Positions 23,201-35,147 of a stretch of 64,000 nt of DNA are shown here, in pieces. The stretch comes from Macrostomum lignano (lineage: Eukaryota), in the NCBI GenBank assembly GCA_002269645.1, contig NIVC01001759.1:1-64000 (forward strand), given 5' to 3'. The translations under genes and the position numbers were made by a program. The notes under the pieces are model-generated. The model worked only from the letters and a program-made list of their open reading frames with translations, searched no databases and was not told the origin of the DNA. The stretch's first letter is position 1, and each line of letters begins with the position of its first letter.

Positions 23201-25129
23201 CTTGAAATTTGGCACAAGGTGCGATTTCGCACCTTATCTCTGGCGAAAAAAAAAACCCAGGCGATAATGAATCCTAACGATTTTGGAAAGCTGGAATGTA
23301 AATATTTTTCTTGGAAAACACCATTAGCCTAATTCATAGAATCAAAGAACTTATTATGAATAACGTTTTTCAAAATAAATTCTAAGAATCGGGTGAATGT
23401 TTATATAATATATATATATATTGAAAATCTCTTGCTGCAAATTTTGCATTTAGTAATTAGTTATTTAGTTCCTAATCCTAACTTACTGAACTTACTCAGT
23501 TACTGTCTTCCTGCTGTTCAGCCTGTTCTGTTCCTGTACTGTACTCTGAAATGACTATTCGACTAAACAGATAAAATATAAATACGAAGTGTCTAATCTA
23601 ATTAACTCATTACCCATAAAGACCTAAACTCCTCTCCTAGTCTGTAGTCTTGTACTCTCGTCTCAGCAGTCTGAGTAAGGATTTAAGGAATAAGCCATTA
23701 TTCAAGTAAGGATTAACATTCGTTAACATAATGTATCACTCATAATAATGCTGTTGCCTATTGGCTATTGCCTGTTGGTTGTTAACAGTATAACTGCATA
23801 ATACTTTAGTATTCAGTAATTAACAAAATTAAGTAATTTCATCCATTTTCAGTTCAGGGAATCAGGGGCTCACACACTTAATGATAATTTTTTTTTGATA
23901 ATTTTTTCTGGGGGTGACCACCCAGCTGGGGGGGTGACCACCCAACCACCACCCCCCCAGCTGGAGGTCCTGCGCCGCCACTGTATACTGCAAGTTAGCC
24001 TATTCAGTATTTTTCTATTTTTCCTGTACTTAATATTTCTTGGCTTAAAAAGGAAAATAAAGCTTTGCTCTACTAGGCCCAAGTCTAAAGTATAATGTCA
24101 TGAGTATAATATTTGCATCTAAAACTATAGTCAGCCTAGAATCAGACATCTTAGGCTACTTCTAACTTGTTTTAACATAAAAAATTGCAATAATCTTTCA
24201 CTATAGAGATGATAATAAGTTAGGGCCTAATAATATATATAACTAGAAATAATAATAGGCCTAGTATACACCTTTTTTCCATTCTATTTCAACAAGCTAA
24301 CATTTAATTTCAACATTTTATATTTAGCTACTTCAACTATCATTCAAATTTGTTAAGTAGGCCTAGCATTTAATTTTGGCAATTGGAATTGGATAGGCCT
24401 ATTTTTTCATGGCAGTTATTTATTCGATGACTAGATGAATAGCGATGTGGTAATTTGTCCAGTTACTAGATAATAATAGCCTAGCCATGTTTCCCTATTT
24501 ATCCAGTTAATACAAGACAAATAGACATTTTGTTATTTGTCCAATTAAATTGATATTCAATTTTATAGAAACTATAAAAGCCCATTCACACTGCCATCAA
24601 ATGAGGCCAGTTTTTTAAGTGATCACACAAAATTTCAGTTGATGATTAACATATCTTTGACAATCACCTTAGTTTTGCATGACATCAACAGACTTTTACA
24701 TGTGATAGCAAGTGTTTACACTGTAATCAACTAACATACTAAGAAGAATGACTGGGCTGGGGTTTAGAGGAGGGTGATGCAAGTTTTCCAATTTGTTGCA
24801 CAAGCAATACTGTGTGCACATATCTCTAGCTAAGCTCAAAATTATACATATTTTTAGCATATTTGAGAAAACTATTTTTTGCTTTGAATTCAATACTAGT
24901 ATACAATCTGTATTAGATACAAATGCCAGTGCTCTTATTGATGTAAGATAATGAAAACCTAGCAGCTAAACTTTTCCAATTGTCCTTTTTCCTGGTATTT
25001 CAATTGTCAGGATGCCAAAGGACAAAGGTCATATATAGAGCAGGATTTTCTTGCACTTTGTTTACCAGGGGCTCCAGCAGCAACCAACAGGTGCTGTTTT
25101 TTTTTCACGCTTGCTCATTTCGCTTATGT

Positions 25130-25568
25130 CAGGGGTTGGCAAACTTTTTTATCCCAAGGGCCAGATAAAGAACCTAGAGCATGACTGCGATCCGGAGGAA
25201 AGAGGAGATAAGAGGGAATAAAAAAGAAAGAAAAGAGATAGAAAAAGGGAGAGGCAAGAGAATAAAGGAGCAATGAGGAGAGAGGAGAGGAAAAATGAAT
25301 TTAACTAGGAGAGTAGAAAAGAGAAGAAAGAAAGAAAAACTAGAGGAGAGAGTAGAGGAGAATTGAATCAGGCTAGGAGAATATCAGATAAAAGAGGAGA
25401 GAGGGAGAGTAGAAAAGAGAGAGGAGGGGAGAGAAAAGAGAAAAAGAGGGGAGAGAAGAGAGAAGAGTGCTGAGAAGAGACAAACAATGAGGGCCAGATT
25501 GCTATTGAGCAGTTTCAAAGGACTGCCAGATGAAGAGGCTTTGCAGGGCTGGAGTTTGCTGACCCCTA
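25130..25568 (-). mobile_element. hAT-Charlie-like MITE, family B copy 1, with internal purine/pyrimidine tract
   Basis: Ends CAGGGGTTGGCAAACT and GAGTTTGCTGACCCCTA. Degenerate TSD GCTTATGT/GCTCATGC. Homologous, in inverted orientation, to 35148-36142. Confidence 0.75.
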
Positions 25569-27296
25569 GCTCATGCGATGGAAAATAATAAAATAGTTGA
25601 TAACCTGACTGGTGTGATGACCAATCAATTTTAAAACGACAGTTAGACAAGATGGAGAGTTGTTGAAATAGAGTGGCTTGAGTTGAATTTTGTGTTGCGC
25701 AACTTGGGGTGTTGTGTAAGAGGCAAGCAACCAATGTACAACATTTTAGTTGATTAACTGGCCCTCGCATTATTAACTTTTGTTGCTGAATTTGAAAATT
25801 TTCTAAGTTAGCTAAGATTTCAAGTGATCACTGAAAAGTTAGAAATTCTATGTGGTCAAACAAGTCGTGTGATTTGGTCTTTCATTTGATTGCAGTGTGA
25901 ATGAGCCTTAAGGGTGAATATTCCTGGACTTCAAAGACTTCTAACTCCCATCTTGATAATTATGTTGTTAATACTAGTATTTGTCTTATACACTAAATTA
26001 TGCCCAATTGCATTTGCATTACACATATCTGCTTTGCTTGCACTAGTATATAACAAAATATTAATCAGGATATGAGAAAAGGTCTTAAAAATCTAGGATA
26101 TTCATCACTAAAAAAATAGATACTTTAACTGGACAAATAGCAAAAGGATAACAATATTTATTGCGGCAACTATTGCAATAGCATCATTTTTCTATACTAT
26201 AAAAAATTAAGTTCCATGCCCTATTCCATATTCTAGTCAAATCAAAGTTCATTTAATATATTATTGCTATCATGCATGTATGTTGCATAATGGAAGACTT
26301 GAATAAAATCTAAAGCTCTATTAATAAATTCATAAGAAAGTAATTAATAGCTATTAAATTTATAATTAAAGATGAATTATAAACATTTCTTTTCAAATAA
26401 ATAAAAATATAGGCTTGGGATATTAGTATTACTGATTCTATGGGCTTGGTTAGCTTCAAGGATACCATGCAATAATCAAAGCAAGATCGGACAGTTTGTT
26501 TCTTAGAAAGTTTTTGAAGGCTAGTTTATGCAAAAATGCACTATAGAAATGAAAAATTGAGATGGGAGACTTTCATGTTTTCATTATAAAACTAATGTCA
26601 CAATGATTGTTTTTTGGTGTTGTCATTAGGGTTTAGTTGTGCCTGTGTACACCTAACTATAGGCCAAAAAAGCAAATTTTCAAGGCTACTCAAGCAACAG
26701 AGATTTTCTATGCCAAATGCACATTGTATGGTTGGTGTAGTGGGGGGGGGGGAATTCTTGTACAATAAATGAGACTTGTTAATGAGTGATAGGTTACACT
26801 TTTGCTGTCAGTTTGGGACAAGATGGGAAAGACAGGCGATGGTAAAAACTTGTTATGGTTGCAGCAGAACTATATTAAATATCTTAATAGACTGCCTAAT
26901 TACTTAGTCTGATACCAATAGAAATGAGATTATTTGTAGGGTCCATACTGAGACCAACCTCTAATCTCTACTATAATTTTGTGCTGTTTGTCTGTCTGTC
27001 TGCATTGGGAAAATATGAAACTAGAGAAATAAAGCCGATATGTATCGAAAAATACAAAACTGCCAAAGGCGATATGCATAGAAAAATAAAGAAAATTCTG
27101 CAATGAAAAATTCGATTTGGAAGTGCTGAGTCAAATATTATGAATTTGGATGCCCCCCATGGGGGGCTTAGTGAGCTAGTCTACTATAACTGGCTTCCCT
27201 TTCTTTCTATTGCGCTGACAATCTGCATAAGAAACCCGCCTTTTCCAGGCCGACTGGCCCCCAACCCGCAGCAGCACTGGCGCTGCCCGCAGCAGG

Positions 27297-29290
27297 ATGC
27301 CCTCTGTGCGCCGGTCGCATTCCTTCCAGCCAGACTCCACAGCCACCGCCGGGGCCATTGCAGACGATGCCCGATTATTGTTAGAGATTTTCTTGCGTCG
27401 GCGCGGCAGCGAGGGCGACATCAAATCGGTCGGCAGTGACAATAACAACAGCATTAAAATTAATAGTAATTGCAATGAAAGCGACAGCCCGCTGGCTGTC
27501 ATTGCCGAGCAGCGCAGCGACTCGTCACCCTCCCAGGCTCCGCCAGCGTCATTGCTGGCCTCCGATCCCGGCTGCAGCGCCTGCGCCGCTTGCATCGGCG
27601 ACACGACTCTGGCCAGCGGCGACGTCGACATGGACGGCAATGGCGGCCGGCTGCGCTCTTTCACGTTTAGCGAAGGCGACGGCCATGTTAACAATGGTGG
27701 CGGCGGTGCCGTCTCGGCCGCTGCTGTAGCCGCCGCTGTCGCCTCCGCCGTCTCGGCTAGCGGGCACAGGCGGCGTCGGACTGGCGCAGGCTCAGGCCTC
27801 GTTGAAATTGCGTTCAACGTTGAGGCTGCCAGGCTGAGGCACTCCAGCCTGCCAGGTCGAGGCAGAGGCCGCCGGGTAAGTTCTGGTTAGCTACTGTTGC
27901 TGGGATAGCGGCTTTTGCCACTGCGGCAACTGCTATACTCCAGCCAGTATCTTTCATTGAGTCAGAAGCAGATCTCCGACTCTCTTCACCCAGTCCGTCA
28001 GCAGATCTCCGCTTGTCAAGATCCCAGTTTGATGATCAGAGAAGTTTTAAGATCCCAGTTTGAGGATCAGAGAAGTTTAAGATCCCAGTTTGAGGATCAG
28101 AGAAGTTTAAGATCCCTGTTTGAGGATCAGAGAAGTTTAAGATTCCAGTTTGAGGATCAGAAAAGCTTAAGATCCGAGTTTGAGGATCAGAGAAGTTTTA
28201 AGATCCCAGTTTGAGGATTAAAGAAGTTTTAAGATCCCAGTTTGAGGATCAGAGAAGTTTAAGATCCCAGTTTGAGGATCAGAAAAGCTTAAGATCCGAG
28301 TTTGAGGATCAGAGAAGTTTTAAGATCCCAGTTTGAGGATTAAAGAAGTTTTAAGTTCCCAGTTTGAGGATCAAAGAAGTTTTAAGATCCCAGTTTGAGG
28401 ATTAAAGAAGTTTTAAGATCCAAGTTTGAGGATCAGAGAAGTTTAAGATCCCAGTCCGTCAGCAGATCTCCCATTCCCTACCTCGCATCTGTCAGTTTGG
28501 CAGAGCCTCCGTCTGACTGCAATTTCTCTCCCATGCTTTCATCCGCCAGTCTGACAGCTGCTCCCTGTTAGACACGGAGGCTGCGGTATCCGCCTCGAGA
28601 TCCGGCCGTCGCTCTTCGACAGCAGCGACGACGCCTTCATCGTTCCACACTCGTCAGCAGTTACAGCGTCGGGCAATTGTAGTTCGAGACTTTCGTCGGG
28701 CCTGCTGGCACCATCAGCACAGGTTGCAGCAGCATTGCCACCAGCACCAGCTGCAGTCACCAGCCGGCGATGAAGACGAAGAGCAGCGCCTTGACCGGGT
28801 GGCGCAGATGCTGGACCGGATCGCCAGGGAGCTGGTCGGCGATTCCGCCGACGCCGACGCCACCAGCTTCAGTCTGGGCCTGGCGCTACGAGCCAAGAAC
28901 CGGCGATCGCGGGCCAAGGCCTCCTCTTCATCGTTGGGCGGGCCAACAGCGACGGAGGAGGAGGCTGAGGCGGCCAAGAAAGCGAGGCCGCAGCTCGAGG
29001 AGGCATCACCAACTGCGTCGGATGTCGACCAACTGTTGGACTGTCTGGCTGATTATGAATTATTTAGCGAGCGACTGACTCGCATCTTGTGCGACGGCCG
29101 GATGGCCTGGCGCTGCATCGCCATGCTGTACCGCATCGCCAGGCTGCTGTGCAAGCGTCGGCCGGATCTGACCGATTCGGCCAAAGCCGCCTGTCTGCGC
29201 TACTTTGAAGAGCATTACGCTATGTGGGTGGTGCGGCACGGCGGCTGGGAGGCCGTGGTTGAAGATACGGACGAGTCCGAGCTGGATTAG
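27297..29290 (+). CDS. Bcl-2 family protein, Bcl-G/BCL2L14-like, ~439 aa. Exons 27297-27875 and 28550-29290
   Basis: Phase-0 intron 27876 (GTAAGT) to 28549 (ccgccAG). BH3-like VAQMLDRIARELV, BH1-like LCDGRMAWRCIAMLY, BH2 HYAMWVVRHGGWEAVV, then a short acidic tail DTDESELD-stop with no hydrophobic anchor. This resembles the Bcl-G C-terminus (WIQQHGGWEKIL...EEVD). The frame is also open from the acceptor at 27248, so the start may lie further upstream. Confidence 0.8.
28018..28452 (+). repeat. Intronic 30/31-nt minisatellite (AGATCCCAGTTTGAGGATCAGAGAAGTTTA)
   Basis: Direct reading. Confidence 0.95.
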
Positions 29291-29895
29291 TCGGCTGGAG
29301 TGTCTGTTGGGGTGTCTGCTGAAGTGCCTGCTGGGGTGTCTGTTGGGGTGTCTGCTGGGATGTCTGCTGGAGTGCCTGTTGGGGTGTCTGCTGGGATGTC
29401 TGCTGGAGTGCCTGTTGGGGTGTCTGCTGGGATGTCTGCTGGAGTGCCTGTTGGGGTGTCTGCTGGGATGTCTGCTGGAGTGCCTGTTGGGGTGTCTGCT
29501 GGGATGTCTGCTGGGGTGTTTGGCGTTTGCTGGGATGTCTGCTGGAGTACCTGTTGGGATGTCTGCTGGAGTACCTGTTGGGATGTCTGCTGGGGTGTCT
29601 GCTGGGATGTCTGCTGGGGTGTCTGCTGGGATTTCTGCTGGAGTACCTGTTGGGATGTCTGCTGGGTGTCTGCTGGGGTGTTTGCTGGGATGTCTGCTGG
29701 AGTACCTGTTGGGATGTCTGCTGGGGTGTCTGCTGGGATGTCTTCTGGTATGTCTGCTGGAGTGCCTGCTGGGGTGTCTGCTGGGATGTCTGCTGGTATG
29801 TCTGCTGGAGTGCCTGTTGGGGTGTCTGCTGGGATGTCTGCTGGAGTGCCTGTTGGGATGTCTGCTGGAGTGTCTGTCGGGGTGTCTGCTGGGAT
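29291..29895 (+). repeat. 12-nt-based minisatellite with 36-nt higher-order unit, starting directly after the stop codon
   Basis: CTGGGATGTCTG-CTGGAGTGCCTG-TTGGGGTGTCTG repeats. Confidence 0.95.
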
Positions 29896-30677
29896 AGCCG
29901 CGAACAGGCGGGCAGATGACAGACGCTAAGACAGACAGGCAGACACTTAGATAGACAGACAGAGAAACAGATAGACTTGATGCTGATGCTCCAAAGTTGA
30001 TGCTTACAGACAGGTAGGTTGGTAGACAGACAGACAGACACATAAGGACAAACAAGACTTGTATGTTTCTGATTATTGTTACTAAGTGGAAAAACTGCTT
30101 ACTGTAAGAGTGTTATGTATACATCTAATTTTCATTTGTATTTTAAAGTTTTCATTGGTCATAAATAACTGTTAATCTGACTGTGCAGTGCCGTTTATCT
30201 ATATGGCTTATTTTCAATGCAAAAATGAACAAAATATTTAATCGGCAATACGAGCTACTATGAGTAGGCTTCTAGTTTATGGTTGATTAATTTTTATTTG
30301 ATGGAGTTTTCAAACTACTCTTTCAAGTCCAGTCAAGCTTTACTACGACTTTCAATAATTTGCATAATTAAAATAGTAAAAATTGTTATTATTCGACTAT
30401 TTTGATAACAATAGAGTATAAGTGCCCTTATTGCACTGCGGTTTCAAGGTCAACTCTGGGATCTGCATCTGCTGCTATATGTTAAATATCTGCATTAGCT
30501 ATGCTTTCATTTGCTTTTGTGCTGAGCTTCCGTGCCTGCCCTTCAGCTGTTCGGTTTTGTTTTGTGCACTCAGGGAATCTTTGGTATTCCCCACTGTGCC
30601 CGTTTCTGCTTACACTTACTTTATGTGCCCTATTGTCAATATACAATACCATTTATCCCACTCAATTGGCTCTGTTC

Positions 30678-32575
30678 TTCAGATCCCCATCCATTCCGTA
30701 TGCTCCCAGATCCCCATCCATCCCATATGCTCCCTGATCCCCATCCATCCTGTATGCTCCCAGATCCCCATCCATCCCATATGCTCCCTGATCCCCATCC
30801 ATCCTGTATGCTCCCTGATCCCCATCCATCCCGTATGCTCCCAGATCCCCATCCATCCCATATGCTCCCTGATCCCATATGCTCCCAGATCCCCATCCAT
30901 CCCGTATCCTCCCTGATCCCCATCCATCCCGTATGCTCCCTGATCCCCATCCATCCCGTATGCTCCCAGATCCCCATCCATCCCGTATGCTCCCTGATCC
31001 CCATCCATCCCGTATGCTCCCAGATCCCCATCCATCCCGTATGCTCCCTGATCCCCATCCATCCCGTATGCTCCCTGATCCCCATCCATCCCGTATGCTC
31101 CCAGATCCCCATCCATCCCGTATGCTCCCAGATCCCCATCCATCCCGTATGCTCCCAGATTCCCATCCATCCCATATGCTCCCTGATCCCCATCCATCCC
31201 GTATGCTCCCTGATCCCCATCCATCCCGTATGCTCCCAGATCCCCATCCATCCCGTATGCTCCCAGATCCCCATCCATCCCGTATGCTCCCTGATCCCCA
31301 TCCATCCCATATGCTCCCTGATCCCCATCCATCCCGTATGCTCCCAGATCCCATCCATCCCGTATGCTCCCAGATCCCCATCCATCCCATATGCTCCCTG
31401 ATCCCCATCCATCCCGTATGCTCCCTGATCCCCATCCATCCCATATGCTCCCAGATCCCCATCCATTCCGTATGCTCCCTGATCCCCATCCATCCCATAT
31501 GCTCCCAGATCCCCATCCATCCCGTATGCTCCCAGATCCCCATTCATCCCATATGCTCCCTGATCCCCATCCATTCCGTATGCTCCCTGATCCCCATCCA
31601 TCCCATATGCTCCCAGATCCCCATCCATCCCGTATGCTCCCTGATCCCCATCCATCCCGTATGCTCCCAGATCCCCATCCATCCCGTATGCTCCCAGATC
31701 CCCATCCATCCCGTATGCTCCCAGATCCCCATCCATCCCGTATGCTCCCTGATCCCCATTCATCTCATATGCTCCCAGATCCCCATCCATTCCGTATGCT
31801 CCCTGATCCCCATCCATCCCATATGCTCCCAGATCCCCATTCATCCTGTATGCTCCCTGATCCCCATCCATCCCATATGCTCCCAGATCCCCATCCATCC
31901 CGTATGCTCCCTGATCCCCATCCATCCCGTATGCTCCCTGATCCCCATCCATCCCATATGCTCCCTGATCCCCATCCATCCCATATGCTCCCTGATCCCA
32001 TATGCTCCCAGATCCCCATCCATCCCATATGCTCCCAGATCCCCATCCATCCCGTATGCTCCCAGATCCCCATCCATCCCGTATGCTCCCTGATCCCCAT
32101 CCATCCCGTATGCTCCCTGATCCCCATCCATCCCGTATGCTCCCAGATCCCCATTCATCCCATATGCTCCCAGATCCCCATTCATCTCATATGCTCCCAG
32201 ATCCCCATTCATCCCATATGCTCCCTGATCCCCATCCATCTCATATGCTCCCTGATCGCCATCCGTCTCATATGCTCCCAGATCCCCATTCATCCCATAT
32301 GCTCCCAGATCCCCATTCATCTCATATGCTCCCAGATCCCCATTCATCCCATATGCTCCCAGATCCCCATCCATCTCATATGCTCCCTGATCGCCATCCG
32401 TCTCATATGCTCCCTGATCCCCATCCATCCCATGACCCATATGAACCCAGATCCCCATTCATCCCATATGCTCCCTGATCCCCATCCATCCCATATGCTC
32501 CCAGATCCCCATTCATCCCATATGCTCCCTGATGATCCCTTATTCATCCCATATTCTCCCAGATCCCCATTTATC
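30678..32575 (+). repeat. 27-nt minisatellite (GCTCCCTGATCCCCATCCATCCCGTAT), ~1.9 kb
   Basis: Direct reading; occasional shortened units shift the frame. Confidence 0.95.
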
Positions 32576-33278
32576 CCTTATGCACCCTTATTCCCATCGT
32601 CTGTTATTGAAATATTCCATACGTACTACTGACAGCAGCCAGGCTTTAGTATAGCAAACTAATCTGATAGAAAATCAACACCAAGTGTCTGTTTTTTTAA
32701 AAGGAAAATCTTGAAACTGTTTCCAAATGAGTTGAAACTCAAACATTTCATTAATTGGTTTACTTGCTTGTGCACACGCCTAACTAATTTTGGTTGTGTT
32801 GTACTTCAAATAGTATATAAACTGCCTGACCCAGACAGAGGCAAATAGCGCCTCCAATTATTCAGAGTCAGCTGATTGCTTTAATTTTGCACTTTTAGCA
32901 GCTGCTGTTCAGTTATTATCTAATTAGCTTTGATAATCAACAGCTTGGCTAGATAATCTCTTTTGTTTAAATTGTCACCAAAATGTAATTTCATATTTAA
33001 ACATTGTTTCTATTTTGTTTAAATAGTTAAAGCATTTTTATTGAAAGAAAACGAGCAACTCTTAACAACAGAAACATCTGAAACCTATTTTTCTCGTTTT
33101 CATTTTCACTCAGAGAGATTAATTCTGGGAGACATTTTATCGCTATTTTTGTGTTTCTTATTTATGAAACCACTTGACAATGAGATGATGTACCACCGCA
33201 AGGACCAAGAAGTTCTATATAGTCAGTTTATTTTAAAGCTTCATCACTTTAATTCGCTGAACAATGGTTACTTTCACC

Positions 33279-33735
33279 CACAGATACTAGAATAACTATA
33301 GATGGGCCACTCAGGCATATACTTAGTAAAACAGCTTTCTACTTTTAGCTCACTAGCAGAGGAGAACATATAAGCTATTTTAAAAAAAATAAAGGCAGCT
33401 GAAATGACTTGGGTAAGTTTAGAAGCCCAAGCTCGCAGCCGTAAACAGCTTGCTAATTGGTTCAGCAATAATGTACATTGGCCAGTCCACTGAAATGTAC
33501 ATGGCAGCTTTAGGCTGGAATTCCGAGAAAGGCAATAAAAATTAGGGTGCGCGGGGGGTAGTGTGGAAAGGTATCATCCTTGGGTTGGAGAGTTTAGCTG
33601 AGGGGTAAGAGCCAATAAATGAGCCTTGGCTTTAAAAATACACTAAAATGCTTCAGTTTAACTTACTACTGAACTGAAAGTAGCTTACACGCAAATGTGC
33701 TGAGTGACCCATCTAGTTATTTTATAGTATCTGTG
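33279..33735. mobile_element. hAT-type MITE, family A copy 2 (inverted relative to copy 1)
   Basis: TIRs CACAGATACTA.. / ..TAGTATCTGTG. 8-bp TSD CTTTCACC (33271-33278, 33736-33743). Confidence 0.9.
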
Positions 33736-33739
33736 CTTT

Positions 33740-34529
33740 CACCCAGGCACAATAGCAATTAGTTTTGGGTGATTGTTTCACAGTTGCTCTAATGTACATT
33801 TACCCCATGCCATAGTCCGGATCATGCTGGGTGCACGCCCGAACAAAAATTGATAGTTACAAATGCACGCCGAAAAAATCGAGTACACGCCCATTCTTAA
33901 AACTGCGCCGGTGTTGGGACAATAAATGACTTTTTACGTTGTGACAATAAATGACCTTTTTTCATTGCGTAATAGACCTTTTTTGACAGATAATTTAGTT
34001 TATTTTTCTGCTTTTTTGGCGAAACTATTTACATTCGAAAATGGATACACGCAAAGATTTGTTTAAATGCCTTATTACGAGCTTTAAAACCCGGAAAGCG
34101 GGAAATTTACGCTTATAAATGAACTTTTTTCACCTTTTTCTACTTCACAATAACTCTTCTGCGTGATTCTATAAAGTACACGCCAGGTGTATTTTCTTAG
34201 GAGTGATGCACGCCAACTGTGCACGCCTACTTTGGGCGTGCAAGGCCAATGCACGCCCAAATTTTCGGGCGTATACTACGAGTACATGATCCGGAGTGTG
34301 GACCCCATGTTACAAATTTAATCACGTGACTGCTCTCCCACCAATATTATCGACCCACCATTTCTTATCTTTGTGTTATTCAACACTTATTCCACGCTAA
34401 TGCGGGGGTCTGATCGATAATAAATGTAAGAAAGCAGTCACGTGATTAGTTTCGTACATGGGGTAAATGTGCATTGTAACAGCAACTGTGGAATAATAAC
34501 CAAAAACTATTTGTAATTGTGCCTGGGTG
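33740..34529. mobile_element. Largely palindromic MITE-like host element (~300 bp of its own sequence)
   Basis: Arms CACCCAGGCACAAT...CATTTACCCCATG / CATGGGGTAAATG...ATTGTGCCTGGGTG. Symmetry continues after the nested insert (AATCACGTGACTGC / GCAGTCACGTGATT). No TSD found. Confidence 0.7.
33810..34301. mobile_element. 492-bp hAT-type MITE nested in the palindromic element
   Basis: TIRs CCATAGTCCGGATCATG / CATGATCCGGAGTGTGG. 8-bp TSD ACCCCATG (33802-33809, 34302-34309). Several TGCACGCC subterminal motifs. Confidence 0.85.
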
Positions 34530-35147
34530 GACAATGTCATCTAATAATGGAATGGAGTTAATAAGTTTTTTAATGGAATATTGATAAACTTCTTGATTTT
34601 TTATCACGAAGTCAAACGCTCAAAAGTGGATTGAAATTGCCGTTTCTTTTGCAATTTCTCCAGTCCCAAGAGTGTCTATGGTAAAACGCCATTTGATGCT
34701 ATGCATCAAGAACTACTCTAACATCACAATATAAAATTCCTGACGCCCCACTGGACTCTGACAGCACTAGAATTAAATTTAAAATCATGAAGACGCGGCA
34801 CTATCATTTGAATTTCGTGACTCGGGCACGTAGTATTTCAACACCTGCACCGCGGCAGTTTTCACTCCTATTTGTACCCTAACAAAGGTGGCAATTAGTT
34901 TATTGCTTCAGCTCCGCAGCAAAACTATGGATAAATGACGAGTTGAAATAAACGCTAGAAAATAAACGCTTATCAATAAGCTTGAAAAATTGCTCACCTT
35001 AAGTACAGGCCACGGGGCTGCAACTCAAGTTATACAGTAACTTCTTACACTGATGCTGGGGGTTTTAAAAACTCTATGGATAAATGACCTTCTATGAAAT
35101 ATGGACTCCGAATCAGCTTAACAAAGATAATAATGAATAGTCTTAAT

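Larger units (their letters stand above)
15662..23260. mobile_element. Nest layer 2: non-autonomous hAT-type element
   Basis: TIRs CAGGGTTTTTTTTT / AAAAAAAAACCCAG (one mismatch). 8-bp TSD GCGATAAT (15654-15661, 23261-23268). Subterminal AAATCGCACC motifs at both ends. Confidence 0.85.
15407..23983. mobile_element. Nest layer 1: non-autonomous hAT-type element (~1 kb of its own sequence)
   Basis: TIRs CAGTGGCAGCGCAGG / CCTGCGCCGCCACTG. Perfect 8-bp TSD TATACTGC (15399-15406, 23984-23991). Subterminal GGTGACCACC motifs at both ends. Confidence 0.9.

Noticed and set aside
25010-25090. Possible upstream exon of the Bcl-G-like gene (ttgtcAG ... CAG|GTGCTG)
   Set aside because: Weak donor, no identifiable partner exon upstream and no recognisable peptide; not supportable without cDNA.
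27176-27817. 213-aa minus-strand ORF
   Set aside because: Antisense shadow. The plus frame has a GTAAGT donor that splices in phase to the Bcl-2-domain exon.
30636-32458. Collagen-like Gly-X-Y reading (GAY-GMD-GDQ)n on the minus strand
   Set aside because: The periodicity follows from a 27-nt unit made of three G-led 9-mers. There is no proline, signal peptide or terminal domain, and shortened units repeatedly shift the frame.
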